Positions 62,903 to 64,000 of a DNA stretch of 64,000 nt are shown here, in pieces. The DNA lies in contig CAUVXB020000002.1 of assembly GCA_963555825.3 (NCBI GenBank), positions 3,488,001 to 3,552,000 of the forward strand, in the 5' to 3' direction. Source of the DNA: Alphaproteobacteria bacterium (GTDB lineage: Bacteria; Pseudomonadota; Alphaproteobacteria; JAAXGF01). Each line of letters starts with the position of its first letter. Positions within the stretch are counted from its first letter, which is position 1. Position numbers and translations under genes: made by a program. Under the pieces are notes generated by a model. It worked only from the letters and a program-made list of their open reading frames with translations. It was not told the DNA's origin and did no database searches.

Positions 62903-64000
62903 TCACGTCAAGTGCGGCGCCGCGAGATAGGCGTCGGACTGCATCTCGTAGAGCCGCGAGACGGTGCGCTCGAAGGCCTTGGCCCCGTCGCCCTTCGGGT
63001 AGAGCGCGTCGGGCGCGACGGCGGCCGAGCACACCAGATTGACCTTATGCTCGTAGAGCGCGTCGATCAGCGTGACGAAGCGTACCGCCTCGTTGCGCTT
63101 CGCGGGACCGAGCGCTGGCACGTCGGCGAGCACCAGAGTGTGATAGAGCCCGGCGATCGCCAAATAATCGGCGGCGCCGAGCGGTTTCTCGCAGAGATCG
63201 GCGAAGCGAAAGCGGGCGACGCCGTCGGCCGCGGCGGGCACCGCGAGCACGCGGCCCTTGAGCGCGATGCGGTCGGGCGCGGCGGCACGGCCTTCGACCA
63301 AGCGGGCGAAGCAAGCGTCGAGCGCCGCGCCGGCGGCCTTGTCCAGGGGCGTGAAGTAGACCTGCATACGCTCGATCGAGCCACGTCGGTAGTCGACGCC
63401 GGCGTCGAGTTCGAAGACGTCGAGGCGTTCGGCGAGAAGCTCGATGAACGGTTCGAAGCGGTCGCGGTTGAGGCCGCCGGCGTAGAGCGCGCCTGGCGCC
63501 GTGTTCGATGTCGCGACGACGACGATGCCGCGCGCAAACAGCGCCGAGAACAGCCGGTCGAGGATCAGCGCGTCGGCCGGGTCGTTGACCTGGAACTCGT
63601 CGAAGCACAATAGCCAGGCCGTCGCGGCCAGCGCGTCGGCGACCGGCGGGATCGGGTCGGCGCCAATGCGCGTGCCGCTCGCGCGCCCTTCCTTGCGCCA
63701 GGCGTGGATCCTTTCGTGGACCTCGAGCATGAAGGCATGGAAGTGGACGCGCCGCTTGCGCGCCACCGGCGCGGTGTCGAAGAACAGGTCCATGACCATC
63801 GATTTGCCGCGCCCGACGCCGCCGAACATGTAGAGGCCGCTCGGCGGCGCGGCGGGCTCGGCCGGCCGGTCGAAGCCGAGGCGCGCGAGCAGGCCGGTAC
63901 CGCCAACCTCGGGCGGGGTGTATGTCTTGAGCCGGCGGTGCAGCAGGTTGAGCTTTTCGGCGGCCAGTTCCTGGGCTGTGTCGCGTTCGATCTCGCCGCT
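62903..64000 (-). CDS. zapE: AFG1/ZapE family ATPase (5' end outside window)
   Basis: GGVGRGKS, CFDEFQV, TSN and RFVTLIDALYE; conserved position upstream of mdh. Confidence 0.93.
   Translation of the reverse strand, partial: SGEIERDTAQELAAEKLNLLHRRLKTYTPPEVGGTGLLARLGFDRPAEPAAPPSGLYMFGGVGRGKSMVMDLFFDTAPVARKRRVHFHAFMLEVHERIHAWRKEGRASGTRIGADPIPPVADALAATAWLLCFDEFQVNDPADALILDRLFSALFARGIVVVATSNTAPGALYAGGLNRDRFEPFIELLAERLDVFELDAGVDYRRGSIERMQVYFTPLDKAAGAALDACFARLVEGRAAAPDRIALKGRVLAVPAAADGVARFRFADLCEKPLGAADYLAIAGLYHTLVLADVPALGPAKRNEAVRFVTLIDALYEHKVNLVCSAAVAPDALYPKGDGAKAFERTVSRLYEMQSDAYLAAPHLT

Overview
High-GC alphaproteobacterial chromosome segment in two parts. (1) About 1-18.7 kb is an accessory region. 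It holds an IS110 N-terminus, two IS1182 copies, an IS1111-type IS110 element, two ~160-bp MITEs and small cargo modules (PhyH dioxygenase; hypothetical protein; YeeE/YedE plus a secreted protein and a truncated AraC). It also has a tRNA-Ser half-site att relic and a LysR / CoA-transferase / amidase / LeuCD-like / LeuB module. The modules are separated by precisely phased clusters of 24-26 bp GTC..GAC imperfect palindromes, which the IS elements and MITEs target. (2) About 18.9-64 kb is core genome: rplU-rpmA-obgE-proB-proA-[IS-split restriction-modification gene]-nadD-rsfS-gpmI-envC-S41 protease-deacetylase-rppH, atpHAGDC, priA, transaldolase-DUF484-xerC, and zapE-[2-gene island]-mdh-sucCDAB-lpdA. 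It also carries IS630 copies flanking mdh and several ~260-bp structured inverted-repeat elements at stop codons. Top leads: the phased palindromic-site/cassette architecture, an IS1111 noncoding region whose apparent guide segments match that site, a shared RNA-like core in different MITE families, and a LysR regulon of unknown substrate. All calls come from reading the sequence by eye; no database searches were run.
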